DNA from: Mobula hypostoma
Taxonomy: Eukaryota
Reading direction: 5' to 3'
Length of the DNA: 64,000 bases
Assembly: GCF_963921235.1 (NCBI RefSeq)
Contig: NC_086097.1
Location: 112,842,001 to 112,906,000 of the forward strand
Part shown: positions 26,717-39,344 of the stretch, one piece after another
Position numbering within the stretch: position 1 is the first letter of the stretch
Layout: the number at the start of each line of letters is the position of its first letter
Notes under the pieces: generated by a model
What the model was told of the DNA's origin: nothing
The model's database searches: none
What the model saw: only the letters and a program-made list of their open reading frames with translations
Made by a program: the position numbers and the translations under genes

Positions 26717-26855
26717 CTGATGAGGGGTCTCAGTTTGAAACGTTGACTATTTATTCCTCTCCATTGATGCTGCCTGACCTGCTGAGTTCCTCCAGCATTT
26801 TGTATGCGTTACGCTGGATTTCCAGCATCCATACAATTTCTTGAGTTTATGACTG
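26717..26855 (+). mobile_element. Solo Penelope-like terminal repeat beginning at a hammerhead core
   Basis: Starts CTGATGAGGGGTCTCAGTTTGAAACGTTGAC. Flanked by GCTCATTCTG at 26710-26719 and 26856-26865. Confidence 0.75.
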
Positions 26856-27872
26856 GCTCATTCTGCAAGGAAGCCTTTCATCCTTACTTATCTCCTTCCC
26901 CACATCAATACACGTGACCTTAACTAGCCCTTTGGTGTGGCCAGTCAAGTTAAAGGACAAACAATATCTTTCAGGTCATCCAGGAAGGATGGTCCAGTCA
27001 TCAAAGTTCCCATTCCCAGCAGAAGGTTCGAAAAAAAGTATGTTCATTTTTAACTGTATATTTTCCATCTGGGAATTGGCAAATTTTAGTAATTCCCGGT
27101 CAATATTCCAATTCAATGGCTGCTATCCATTGCAAAGTTTCGTTAAAATATTGTTTCAAATAAAATAAATTATCTGAGCAAGAACAGCTAACAGAAATTA
27201 CAATTTGGAGTTTACTTTAAAGAGTCTGAAATTCTTTCTAATCTACAAAAGAGAAGAACAAAGTAATTTCCTGAAAGTACAACTTAAGGAAATACTGTAT
27301 GTCAAGATATTAAGCAACTTTAAATTGCCATCCTCTTTAACTTCACATCACTCAAGAGTGTTAAAATCCCAAATGATCATAACTTAATTAAAGATAAAAT
27401 TGAGTACTTCAGGTAACATATTCCCATAGAGGAGAAAAAATTAAGGCATTAAACCTGGACTTCACATACATAAATTGTTCTAATAATATTACCAATATAA
27501 TTTAGACTGCAGATCAAGTGATTTCTCTGATTTACAGAGCACAAAGATTCTCAATCTCTGAATGGAGTGCAAAGTAATGAATATTGTTATTTAGTTGGAT
27601 AATCTATAAATCCAGTGTCCAATGTCATAACATTTCTGCATGAATGGTTTGATTAGATTGTCCTTATTCAAAGATGTTTATTTATTTTGAATATTGTATG
27701 CTGAGAAAGGTTAGATTATCTTATTTTTAAATCCAAATCAGCTGGGGTTTAATGCTTTCATTTGAGTATGAAATTCAGATTGCTAATTTATCTTAATATT
27801 GTTTCCAGTTTTGATTGATTAGCAGAACAAAACAAACTAAGAACAGAAAAATCTGGGTATTGTTCATAAGAA

Positions 27873-28490
27873 CATGGCAGGCGGAGAAGATGGCGGCACG
27901 CCTGTGTGTGCGCAGCTCTCCGGTGAAAAATTATATTGTATCTGTTAAATAGGGGCTGTGGACAATCCTGATTTGATGGAAAATGGATGTGAAAGCACAG
28001 AGGAACATCTGGAGAAATTTCTGAAACGCCCGTTCACTGCTGTTGTTACTGTGTGGTCGGGAATCTTTCGGAGGGAAGGCCTCAAAATCCCTGGCCTTGC
28101 CTGCTTTTGGTGACCGAGAAGGAGGTCGAATCGCTCGGACCGAGATGGCGCTCAGTACTCGGTGTCGGAGAGCTGATCAGAGCTCGAAGTTTTCAGATGA
28201 CTCAGAGTCAGATTGTGGTCAGCATGGCAGGGAGAGTTTTTCTTCCTTCTCCCGTCTGCGTGAGATGTGGGACATTTGAGAAACTTTGAACTTTACTGTG
28301 CTCATGGACTTCTTCATCAAGTTATAGTATTGTTGCACTGTTGTAACTATATGTTATAATTATGTGGTTTTGTCAGTTTTTTCAGTCTTGGTCTGTCCTG
28401 TGTTTTGTGATATCATACCGGAGGAAATAATGTAACATTTCTTAATGCATGCATTACTAAATGACAATAAAAGAGGACTACGTGTCTTCA
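27873..28490 (+). mobile_element. Non-autonomous retroposon (~620 bp; AAGATGGCGGC head, LINE-like 3' hairpin and tail), copy 1
   Basis: Homologous to 36200-36889 and 49575-50130. TTCATAAGAA direct repeat at 27863-27872 / 28487-28496. Confidence 0.8.
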
Positions 28491-28634
28491 TAAGAATGCC
28501 TCTTATATTAGTATCCGTTCTTTTCTCTTCACTTTGTCTGTTCTGGAGTCTATTCATCAATAGGTTTGAAGGGCCATTTTTGATGTTGAGTGCTGGCTCA
28601 ACCTTTAAAGCAAAGATTATTACACTAAAGGCAT

Positions 28635-30012
28635 CTTCAGTGGCCACTTTATAAGATGCAGGAGATATCTCTTAAAGGGGCCAATGAGTGCATGTTTGTG
28701 ATCTTTGCTGCTACAGCCCATCCTCTTCAAGGTTCAATGTGTTATGCATTCAGAGCTGCTCTTCTGAACACCATTGTTGTGACATGTTTGAGTTAGGCTA
28801 CGTCCACACTAGACCAGATAAATCCGTAACCAAAGCTTTTTCTCTTCATTTTGACCCTCCGTCCACACTGAAACGGCATTTTCCTCCCCCGAAAATGGAG
28901 ATTTTCTAAAACACCCTCCAGAGTGTGTAAATTTGAAAACGCCGATTGTGCAGAGCAGTGTGGACGGGGTAAACGGATATTTTTTAAAATGCTGCCATGA
29001 CGTGCCGGAACAGATGGCGGCAGTGCGACATTTCGTTATTTTCTGTACTCACCAAATACTTTCACTCATAGCTTACTGAATAAATAAGTATACTCACTTT
29101 GCCCTGTTTTCTGTCCTTGCTTGTTTGAAGGTGGTTTACCTATTTACGCAAGTACTTCTCTGACAATAGATGCGTAACAGCCTAATGTAACATTGTGTGG
29201 AAATACAAGATAACACTGATACAGACATGTTTTATACATTTAACAAGGTGCTTTATTAATGCAACAGAGTTAGTCAGTTTTTCAATGTTCGTCGACAGCC
29301 GGGTCATACTGTCCGTGAACTCCGTCGATTACCTCCATACGCTCCAGTATTTGTTTTTTTTTAAGTTTTAAGTCCTCCTGCGTGAGAGCCAAAAGCAATT
29401 CCTTTTAAGTTTTTCTAGTCTGTAACTGGACAAACGCACAACAAGTAAACCATTTCCTCTTCGCTTGTTTTCTGTGTGTCCTGCGCGTGCCCAGTAGGAG
29501 GAGATACACCCAAATATTGGTTCTAATGTGGACGGAGATATTTTGAAAAATGCCTGGTGTGGACGCCTATCGTTTTTACGTGATCCGGCGTTTTCAAAAT
29601 TATCTGGTCTAGTGTGGACGTAGCTTTCCTATCAGCTTGAACCAATCTGGCCATTCTCCTCTGACCTTTGTCATTAACAAGACACTTTCACCTATTGAAT
29701 TGCCACTTCCTGAATTTTTGTTTTGTTTCTTGCACCATTCTCTGTAAACTCGAGAGACTGCTGTGCATTGAAATTCCAGGAGATCAGCAGTTTCTGAAAT
29801 ATTTAAACCACCCCATCTGATACTAACAATCTTTCCACAGTCAGTCAATAGATCAAATTTCTTCGCCATTATGATGTTTGGTCTGAACAAATACTAAACC
29901 TCTTCACCACGTCTGCATGCTATTATGTATATTGAGTTGCTGCCACATGACTGGCTGATTAGAAACTTGCTTTAATGAACAGGTATACAGCTAAAGTGGT
30001 GTTCGAGTGCAC
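28635..30012 (-). mobile_element. Tc1/mariner internally deleted element, host of a Harbinger-like insertion
   Basis: CAGTGGCCACTTTAT terminus, degenerate TAAAGTGG..GAGTG at the other end, and transposase remnant GGLNISETADLLEF..VSRVYREWCKKQ. Confidence 0.82.
28796..29625. mobile_element. Non-autonomous PIF/Harbinger-like DNA transposon
   Basis: Perfect 25-bp TIR: GCTACGTCCACACTAGACCAGATAA (28797-28821) / TTATCTGGTCTAGTGTGGACGTAGC (29600-29624). Subterminal GTCCACAC/GTGTGGAC repeats; TTA on the left flank. Confidence 0.85.
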
Positions 30013-30019
30013 GTTGGGC

Positions 30020-30200
30020 TCTCACGGCAGTGCAGTGGTTAACAGAATCACTCTACAGCATCAGCAATCACCGTATGCTGTTCAATCCTTGCCACTGCCT
30101 GGAACAAATCTGTATGTTCTCCACGTGATGATGTGGGTTTCCTCCAAGTGTTTTGATTTCCTCCCACATTCCAAAGATGCACAATTAGGATTAGTGAGTC
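30020..30200 (+). mobile_element. tRNA-derived SINE
   Basis: A-box-like GGCAGTGCAGTGGTTAAC, B-box-like GTTCAATCC and TGGGTTTCCTCC..TTTCCTCCCACATTCCAAAGA core. Confidence 0.7.
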
Positions 30201-30204
30201 ACGG

Positions 30205-30455
30205 GTGACATCTACAGAGAGGAACAAAAATCCGATGTTTCAGGCTGCGACCCTTCATTAGGACTAGAAAGAAAGTGGGAAGAAGCCAGAATAAGAATAT
30301 AGCAAGAGAGGAAGGAGCACAGGCTGGAAGGTTATAAGTGAAGCAGGTGAGAGAGAAGGTAGATAGGTGGAGGAGGGGTGATGAACTAAAAAGCTGGGAG
30401 GTGATAGGTCAAAAAGGTAGAGGGCCAAAGAGGAAGGAATCCACTGGGAGACAGG
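30205..30455 (-). mobile_element. Penelope-like terminal-repeat fragment
   Basis: Minus strand AGTCCTAATGAAGGGTCGCAGCCTGAAACATC; same family as 11995-12435. Confidence 0.75.
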
Positions 30456-31187
30456 CAAGATCTGTAGAACGTTACTAACATTATCCTTGACAGCACACTA
30501 GTGCACCTTCTGATCTGTGAGATGGGCTATCAGATTTGTTAACTGAGAAGTGTTAGCACCTATAAATTTACTAACTTCCCAGAAACTTTACTATCAAATA
30601 TTATGTTATTTAAATAATACCCTGTGGTTCCACAGCAGAAAAATACACTCCCCAGTAACTCTCACTATAACAAGTTCATGTAATGAGGACATAATTCTCC
30701 GACATAACCACCACTTAATAGCACGTCAACCGTTTACTGGCTCCAGTGGTGGAGAGAGGAACAAATATATCAAGCCACGTCTGATTTCCCTGCATGGTGG
30801 AGGCGCCCTGATTCTTTAGTACAATGGTAGAATCATACAATAAAATCATGTTTAATTTACAAGATATCCTGTGAGATCTTTCTGGATCGCATCACATCTA
30901 TCTCGTGTTTGATTTTATTCCATCGAGATCCAGCTCAGTAGTTTCAGTCCGGGAGCTAAACCAGGAAATAATGTATCCCATCTCACAATAAGGAGTAAAA
31001 TGAGAGGCTTTGATGAACCTGTTGTGAGAATTATTCTACTGGTCGTGAACTTATTGACAGGCCAGTGTTGGCTGCAGTCCTCCCTACTTGCAGAAGATTT
31101 TCTTGTTATATTCATCATTTCAATATTGCCTTCTGTATTTTTCACTTGAGCTGGTGGCAGTGTTTCCATTGTCTACTCATCCACCAT

Positions 31188-31343
31188 GCCGGCTGGTGGT
31201 ATAGAGGCATCTGCACCGGGTTCCGAGGAGAGCGGTTCCAGGTTCAAATCCGGTTGGCTCCTTAGACGCTTTCCATCTTTGCTAAGGAAGTGGCAAAGAT
31301 TGCCACCCGATGTGCCACAAGGCACAGAGGAACAACAACAACA
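31188..31343 (+). mobile_element. Short tRNA-headed SINE with (AAC)n tail
   Basis: TGGTATAGAGG A-box-like and GGTTCAAATCC B-box; ends AACAACAACAACAA. Confidence 0.65.
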
Positions 31344-32239
31344 ATTCATAAACCATCAGCCTGAGACTTGTCCCTCCTGATGATGGAGGAGACCATTCAA
31401 TGTGACTTTCAATATTTAAAAAATGTTGGTAGTTGCTCCATTCTACTTACAAGTGAGTTAAATTGTGTGAAAACTCTTCAATCGTATCTAAATTCGCATA
31501 CAGGACTGAATTAAAGATGTGGTAAGCTAATCCCTTGCTTACAGTATCTTCATGAGGGTCACATGGGCATTAAGCAAAAAGGCTGATTAAAATTTAATGG
31601 GAATAATTTAAGCAGCATCCCTTGAATCTTCTTGCATTTTGATTAAACAAACTGAGTTACAAAGGTATGTTTTTAATTTGCTTACTCTGCATTCACTCAG
31701 CACATCAGAGATTCAAATTAAAAACACAACAAACAAGTCATACAAGCAGTTCCCTGTAAGTTTCTGGAATCACTATTGTCCTCCTTCTTGCAGCTGGGAA
31801 ACACAACTGCACTCTGGGACATTGGGATGATTTCGTTATCAAACAGAATTATACTGTGCTCTTAGGCATTCAATTTACTATAGCATACACTGAAACATTC
31901 GGATGACTGAATCAGTAACAAAAAATATATCATTACTGCCAACCATTCCCTCAAGCTAAAAACAGTAAGAATGCAAGCAATGGCAAATCGGTAGCCAGAG
32001 AACAGAAACTTCAATAGTCTCCAACTTTTCAATGATTCAAAGTCAGTATTATGCGCAGGATAATACTGTGAGAATTGAGTGGATCTGTGAAGGAAAGTAG
32101 GGTTAAGAAACTGATAGGTCACCTTCATTCAAAGCTCATAACCTGTTGAAATCAGTCGTATGCAGTAGCAAAGAAAAGAAGTATTTTTTACAGAGGTTTA
32201 GCGATTATGAAGGAAACATGATCTCAAAAGCAAATACGA

Positions 32240-32415
32240 CACCCAGAAGAACTCAGCAACTATGGAGAGGAATAAATAGTCGACCCTACGGGCTAAGGCC
32301 CTTCATCAAGGTTCTACATTATTCCTCTTCATAGAAGCTGCCTGACCAGTTGAGTTCCTCCAACATTTTGTTGTGTTATTCTGGATTTCCAGCATCTGCA
32401 GGATCTCCTGTGTTT
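32240..32415. mobile_element. Inverted pair of Penelope-like terminal-repeat fragments
   Basis: CTATGGAGAGGAATAA / TTATTCCTCTTCATAG arms with a degenerate hammerhead between them. Confidence 0.7.
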
Positions 32416-33024
32416 GTGCACATAATCTCTGATTTACTTTGGCTACATATATCCATGAACACAGGAATCAAACTGTGATACTGGTAGTATTTGACTAAGT
32501 CCCGCATGGCAGACTGGAACAGGAAGGTAGAACACATGGAATTCAAGGTCAGCAAACCAATCGGATACAAAATTGGCTTGTGATGGTTCTTCCAGATTGG
32601 AGGCCTTGACCAGTGGTGTGCTGTCGGCCTTTCATATATATGAACAATTTGGATGAGCATACAAATCACATAAGCAGCAAATTTGTGGATGATACTAGAA
32701 TTACTGGTAAACGCACAGTCAAGAGGGTTGTTTAAGGTTACAACGGGATTTTAGATCAGCTGGAAAAGTGGGTGAGATGGCAGATAGAATTTAACTCAAA
32801 CAAGCAACCAGTAGTATTTCTTGGGAAATGAAGCAGGACAGTACATAAAATGAATAGCAGGACCCTGGGGAATATTGATGAAAAGAGAATCAGTGTAAGA
32901 ATCAGATTTATTTTGACTGACGTACAGTATGTCATGAAATTTGTTTGTTTTGCAGCAACAGCACATCGTAATACAGAAATATAATACAAATTATAATAAG
33001 AAATATACCTATCTATCTATATAA

Positions 33025-33055
<31 letters not shown>

Positions 33056-33399
33056 AAACAATAATATATATATATAAATAAATTATTGTAAAAAGAGAAA
33101 AAATTGTGGGGTACTATTCATGGGATCATTGTCCATTCAGAAATTTGATGGCAGAAGGGAAGAAGCTGTTCCTAAAATGTTAAGTGTGTGTCTTCAGGCT
33201 CTTGTACCTCCTCTCTGATTGTAGCAATGAGAAGAGGGCCTGTCCTGGGTGGGAGGGGTTCTTGGGGTACATGTACATGGTCCCCTGAAGTGGCAACACT
33301 GGTGGGTAGGTTGCTGTTGATTGTATATGGTATGCTAACTTTCATCAGCTAAGACATTGTGTCTGAGAGTTGCGATATCATGTTCCAGTTGCACAAATA

Positions 33400-34395
33400 G
33401 CCTCTGTAGCGAGCACATCAACCTTTGCAACTTCCACCATCTCAAAATCCCACCACCAGTTACATATTTCATCTCTCTTCGCCTCTCCTCTCCAATTGCC
33501 ATACGTGGACTCCTCTATGTGACTCATCCCGTCCCTGTCATCTGCTTCTCGGCGCTTATCTCTGCAAATGTGACAGGTGCTACACCTGTTCCTTCATGTC
33601 AGGGTCATTCTCTGTATTCAGTGCCCCGGTGCAGCCTCCTCTACACTGGTGAAGCCAGACTCAGGTTGGGGGACCACTTCATCACGTGCCTTCACATTGT
33701 CTGCGAGAGCCAGGATCTCCTGATGGCGACCCGTTTCAATTTGACTTCCCACTCCCATTCTGACATGGTAAGGCCAACTCCGGTTGGAGGAGCAACATCT
33801 CATAGTGCACCTGGATAGCCTCTAACCTGATGGCATGAACATCGATTTCTGTAATTTCCAGTAATATCTCCCCCCCACAATAGAGTCATAGTCATAGAAA
33901 AGTACAGCACAGAAACAGGCCTTTTGGCCCATCTAGTCCTTTCTAAACCATTTAAACTGTCTACTCCCATCGACCTGCACTGGAATCTCAGCCCTCCATA
34001 CCCCTCTTACCTTTTTCCATTACTTATTCTGATTACTCTCTCAACTCTTTTCATCAGCCTTTCATCTCCTCCTTCCCCTTCTTCCATGGTCCACTATTGC
34101 CTTCCATTAAATTCCTTCTTTTTGAACCCTTTGCCTCTTCCCCTATCCCCTCTCAGCTTGTTACTTCATCTCATCTCCCTCCCCCACCACTCCGTGCCAC
34201 CACCCCCCCCCACCCGGTCTCAACTATCACCTGCCAGCTTGTTCTCCTTACCCTACCCCTCCTTTCTTATTTTGGCTTCTGCCCTTCCTTTCCGGTCCTG
34301 AGGAAAGGCCTCGGCCTGAAATGTCGACTCTTTATTCCCTCCATAGGTGCTGCCTGACCTCCCGTAGTTCCTCTAGCATATTGTGTGTGTTGCAC
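33400..34395 (+). mobile_element. Penelope-like element (Neptune-type) GIY-YIG remnant plus terminal repeat
   Basis: RCSLLYTGEARLRLGDHF..ATRFNLTSHSHSDM, ..EEQHL..PDGMNIDF. Ends in the hammerhead-containing repeat. A small CR1 tail is inserted at ~33880-33990. Confidence 0.82.
34294..34329 (+). ncRNA. Minimal type-I hammerhead ribozyme-like motif (PLE family 1)
   Basis: GGTC-CTGAGGA-A-AGGC(CTCG)GCCT-GAAA-TGTC-GACT: stem I GGTC/GACT, core CUGANGA, 4-bp stem II, GAAA and GUC cleavage triplet. Confidence 0.65.
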
Positions 34396-35574
34396 AGGAA
34401 AGTAACCAGAATCCGTTTATCACGATAGTGTTTCTAAAACTAAAGGATTGAAGGTGAGAGGGAGAAAGTTGAAAGGGGATCTGAGGTGGTGGAGGCAGGA
34501 ACAGTAACAATATTTATGGGATTTCTGGACAGGTCCCAGAACAAATAGGGCACAGAGAGATTTGGAAGTAATACAGGAAAGTGAGATTAGTTTAGGTCAG
34601 CACGATGGTTGACATAGATGGAGTGGGTCAAAGAGTCTGCTTCTATGCTGTGCAATTACTTAGGAATGGGGTACTGGAGGACTGCAAATGTAACTCACCT
34701 GATCTTTAAAAAATGTTATGGATGCGGCTTTTTCTCCTGAGATAAGCCAGCATACCAACCTCTTGCAGCTTCCCAGCAATTACGCTGCAAATCTTACCAA
34801 GCTTAAAACAGGCTCGGCAACTCCATTTCAATTGAGAGCAAAACGAAAGGCTTTAACTTTTTCACAGCAAGTCGTTGTGATCTAGTATGTATGCCACAAA
34901 AGGTGGATGCTCAAAGCAGAACTATTGATATTTCCTTCAAGGTCTTTGGAAAAGGAGCATGTCTTGAGTTATGATGGAAGAGCGATTTTTGTGGGACAAC
35001 ATTGAGAACTCTTTCAAAGAGCCAGTGCAAACAGAATAAATTTGCTGTAAGATCCCATTATTTGAGTCATGATTTCCAAAATGAGGGGGTTGTATTCTGG
35101 TAGGGCCAGCGAGTCTTTGTTTTTTTTTCACAATAGCTCAAAGTGGTCTCTTTTTTGAGCTTACATCCAATTTCCAAAAGGAACTGAATCGAGGGTTCTT
35201 TCAGATTACCACCTTCCCACATCCTCTATCACAACTACTTCCCATCTATCCATCGTAAGTTTGGAAAAAGAATAAGTAGCTTGCTTCTCATCACACAATT
35301 TCATTCGTGCCACAGCCTGTGCAAAACACCAAATGTTTAAACGATCTCTTTAAAGAATGTCACGCTCAGCAAGTTTTCAACCTTGCCTTGCACGACACAG
35401 AGATTTTGGATCACCTGGCAAGATTTTAGCCAGAGCATTGTAGCCAAATTTTGCTACAACTGTGTGTAGGTAGAACAAACACACAGTTGATGGGTTATGC
35501 ATGCAGTCCATGTACTGGTAGAATGCAGGCTTACTGTGAGATCATCTAACTCTTAACTATGATAGATAAAACCA

Positions 35575-36150
35575 GCAGAAATGGTTCGTCAAGCACCTCT
35601 GCACTACTCACTACAAGCGGGATCTTCTGAGATTCAAACATTTTAATTCCCATTCCTATTGCTGTTCTGGTGTGTCAGTCCGTGGCTCCTCTTATGCCGA
35701 GCTGAGGCCACTATCAGGTGGAGGAGCACCACCTGATATTCTGTCTGTATAACCTCCAATCTGATGGCATGAACGTACACAAAATACACTCCCCTCCCCT
35801 GCCCACTTTCTCTATTCCCCACTCTGACATTTTACTACTTCTCACCTATTACTTCCCCCTGTGTCCCCTCCCCCTTCCCTTTCTCCTATTGTCCACTCTC
35901 CTCTCCTATCAGATTCCTTCTTCTCCAGACCTTGACCTTTCCCTCCCACCTGGTTTCACCTATCACCTTTGAATTACCTAGCCTCCTTCCTCTCCCCCAA
36001 CCTCTTTAATTCTGGCATCCTCCTCTTTCCTTCTCAGTACTGAAGAAGGGTTTCTGTCCAAAATGTTCCATAGGTGCTGCCTGACCTGCTGAGTTCCTCC
36101 ATTTTCTGAGTGTTGCTCTGGATTTCCAGAATCTGTAGACTTTCTCATGT
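35575..36150 (+). mobile_element. Penelope-like GIY-YIG C-terminal remnant plus terminal repeat
   Basis: EEHHLIFCLYNLQSDGMNV and a degenerate CTGAAGAAGGG..AAAATGTT hammerhead. Confidence 0.75.
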
Positions 36151-36199
36151 CTAGGCAGAACTATAGTTTGTATTTCAAAGAGGTATTGCCAGAATTATT

Positions 36200-36889
36200 A
36201 GATTAGATTTTTATTTTAGATTATGAGGACATGCAGTCCACTTTTATTGTCATTTAGTAATGCATGCATTAAGAAATGATACAATGTTCCTCCAGAAAGA
36301 TATCACAGAAACACAAGACAAACCAAGACTAAAAAAACTGACAAAAACCACATAATTATAACATATAGTTACAACAGTGCAAAGCAATACTGTAATTTGA
36401 TGAAGAACAGACCATGGGCACGGTAAAAAAAAGTCTCAAAGTCTCTCAGAAGTCCCATCATCTCATGCAGATGGTAGAAGGAAGAGAAACTCTCTTCCTG
36501 CCATGAGCTTCCAGCGCCGCAAACTTGCCGATGCAGCGCCCTGGAAGCACCCGACCACAGCCGACTCTTGAGTCCGTTCGAAAACTTCGAGCTCTGCCCA
36601 GCCCTCCGACACCGAGCACTGAGCACCATCTCTGTCGAGCTCTTCGACCCCAGCCCTGGCAACAGGCAAAAGGCAAAGCTGAGGATTTGGGGCCTTCCCC
36701 TCCAGAGATTCTTGATCGCGCAGTAGCAGCGGCAGCGAAGCTGGCTTTTCAGAAGTTTCTGCAGATGTTCCTCCGTGCTTCTCAAGTCCGTCTCCATCAA
36801 ATCAGGATTGTGCACGGCCCCTATTTGACAAATATGATATCAATTCGGAGCGGCCGTGCGCGCTGCATCGCGCCACCATCTTCTCCTCC
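36200..36889 (-). mobile_element. Non-autonomous retroposon, copy 2
   Basis: GGAGGAGAAGATGGTGGCG head; tail AATAAAAG..GTCCTCATAATCTA. Homologous to 27873-28490. Confidence 0.8.
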
Positions 36890-37192
36890 CCTTACTACAC
36901 TTGTGCCTACATTGTACCAAAAACAGATTATGAACAAATGAATGCTGGGTCTTCCATTAGCACCTCAGACTTACTTCCTTGTAACTTTACAGTAATGTAT
37001 CCTACCTGAACAGATATAGGAGTTCTGCACGAGCCTTATTTCAGATTTGAGGAAATTGTCAGTTTTTAACCAGTGGGTATCCAATATCTAGATTTACAAA
37101 AGCCTTTGACATTACTGAGGTGTGACCTACCACAGTAAATGCAACATCAAATAAAACATGTAATGGATCTCACTGGAATGGACTGTGAAGTA

Positions 37193-38048
37193 CAGTGGAT
37201 TCCATTTAATTGGGCCATTGATTAATCGGGACAGCCACTTATGTAGGACAACTCTTAAAGAACAAAAACTAATTGAGAACAATTAACTGTTGCCAAACAT
37301 TTTCTAATTCGCGTCAGTCGTGTGCATGTGTGTGGTCATTAGATATTACACCGTGTTAGTGCAAACACCTTTTCAATAGTGTCAGCTGCGTGTTCAAAAA
37401 GCAGTGACATTTTGTTACCGATAGGCAGTTCAGAACTGTTTTGCTCACTGTGGTTTCAAGCAATCAGGCTTGGAGATGCCAGAAATGGAAGATGGGGAGT
37501 GAAAATCAAATGATTTCACTACTTCACAAACATAAGAGACCTTGGAGATGCTTGAAATCCAGAGCAACACACAAAAAATGCTGGAGGAACTCAGAAGGTC
37601 AGGCAGCATCTATGGAAATGAATTAACAGTCACGTTTTGGGCCAAGACCCTTCTTCAAGACTGATTTTGTTACTTCAGTAAGTTAGAACAAAAGAATTTG
37701 AAGACATCAACAATCATGTTGAATGTTACAACGAAAAAGAAGATTTTGAGGAATTGTATGAAGGCAGTCCATGAACTGCATTAGGTGTTTGCACCGATTT
37801 TGTTCATTTACAGTCCGTCGATAACCATTAGGAACTAATACACAGTTTCATAGTACTGTAGTGGTACTGGTAGTGCTCTAATTTGTTTTGTATTTCATTT
37901 CAATACATAATTTGTTACTCATTTAGACAGTAGTTTATCTTTTTATACCTTTTTAACTACATCCATGCAACTTCAGCTAATTGGGCAGCTGCTTAATTGA
38001 GCCAAAATGTACTGGTCCCAATGTGTCCCAATTAACTGGAATCCACTG
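37193..38048. mobile_element. Tigger/pogo-like non-autonomous DNA transposon (TA TSD), with a nested PLE repeat at ~37530-37663
   Basis: TA|CAGTGGATTCCATTTAATTGGG ... CCCAATTAACTGGAATCCACTG|TA (22-bp TIR, one mismatch). Confidence 0.88.
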
Positions 38049-38164
38049 TACAGGTATTTACATTCCCATATTCTGCATGCACTAAGTGAAGTACATTTAA
38101 TTTGAATGTGGCAGAAGATAAACCTCTAGTATTTCAAAGTGAAAATATTGGACCTACCCTCTGA

Positions 38165-38340
38165 TAATCATCACTTTGTCATGGTGGATAGGATTATGAG
38201 ATCGTGAGATCCGAGAATGATGTCGTTTGGAGTTAAGCTCCTTGTAGGGTCACCGATGGTGGTAAGGTCAATGGGGAAGTTCTAGATAAGGAACAATCCA
38301 ACCAAGCCCTGGTGGATGATGATGGGAAATCACAGTGGTG
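38165..38340 (+). mobile_element. Possible RTE/Expander-type LINE 5' UTR relic
   Basis: CACTTTGTCATGGTGGA..GTAGGGTCACCGATGG..AGGTC resembles RTE 5' ends as I recall them. Heavily degenerate. Confidence 0.35.
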
Positions 38341-39344
38341 GTGAAAGTAGAGGAAGGCTGTAGCAATGTAGGATCCCCAATTATCTCGTATTTCGTGCCC
38401 CAGGACCCAGACTGTGTAGTGGCTGGCCGTGCATGAGCTTTCCTGTGTTAAACAAAGTCACGCACAGGCATTCTCCATTAAGGGAATGCACCACTGGCCT
38501 CCCACAGCCACCTGAGGAGCCATCAATAGACAACCCCTGAGGAGAACATTATTCTCAACTCGACTGACTGCACTACCACCACTATCGGACCCAACATTCT
38601 AGGATACAGTAATCAGCATTTCCCTCAGTGTTTCTTTACTCTGCACCATTTTCATACTTGGTGCTATCTTTCTGGCTACCCTATGGAAAGTAGAAGGCTA
38701 CTGACCTTCAATAAGTTTTGAAGGACAACTATGGGAAGCTCTGAACAGTTCCAGTGGAAGTGATGACATCATAATTACCTTCATCTTGAATGAGATTGGG
38801 GAATTTGTTCCTGATGTTCACCGTCACCTCAATAAGACAGCACCCCATCAATCCTATTCTGAGATTCAGATGGCTGGACTTCTGGAAAGTTCTACAGCCA
38901 TTTTGTTCATGGCATCCAAAGCCATGATGGCAGCAACTAACTGGCAGTAAATAGTTTGTCTGTGAAAGTTATAATATTTATCTTAGTACTGAAGGTGATT
39001 CATAGTCAGAATCAGAATCAGGCTGCTCCATGATGTTTATTCGGCTCTTTATTGCACTGAGGCTGACGCTGTGGCCTGCTCCAGCATCTCTGGGCTTCAT
39101 GTCTGAGGATTCACAACTTTTACTCCACTATGTGCTGAACTGACGCTGTGGCCAGCTCCAGCATTTCCTGCCTTTGTGTCTGCAGATTCACTTTCATTCA
39201 AAATGCTATTTACTTACTTTCATTGCTTGACAGTTTGTTTTTTTTCTCTCTGCATATTGGGTGTTTGACAGTTTTTTTTTATGGGTTCTTTTGGTTTCTT
39301 GATTTGTGGCTGTCTGTAAGACAAATCTCCAAATTGTATCCTTA

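Noticed and set aside
38165..38340. HDV-like ribozyme at a putative RTE 5' end
   Set aside because: The segment is too degenerate, and I could not assemble the nested double-pseudoknot pairings.
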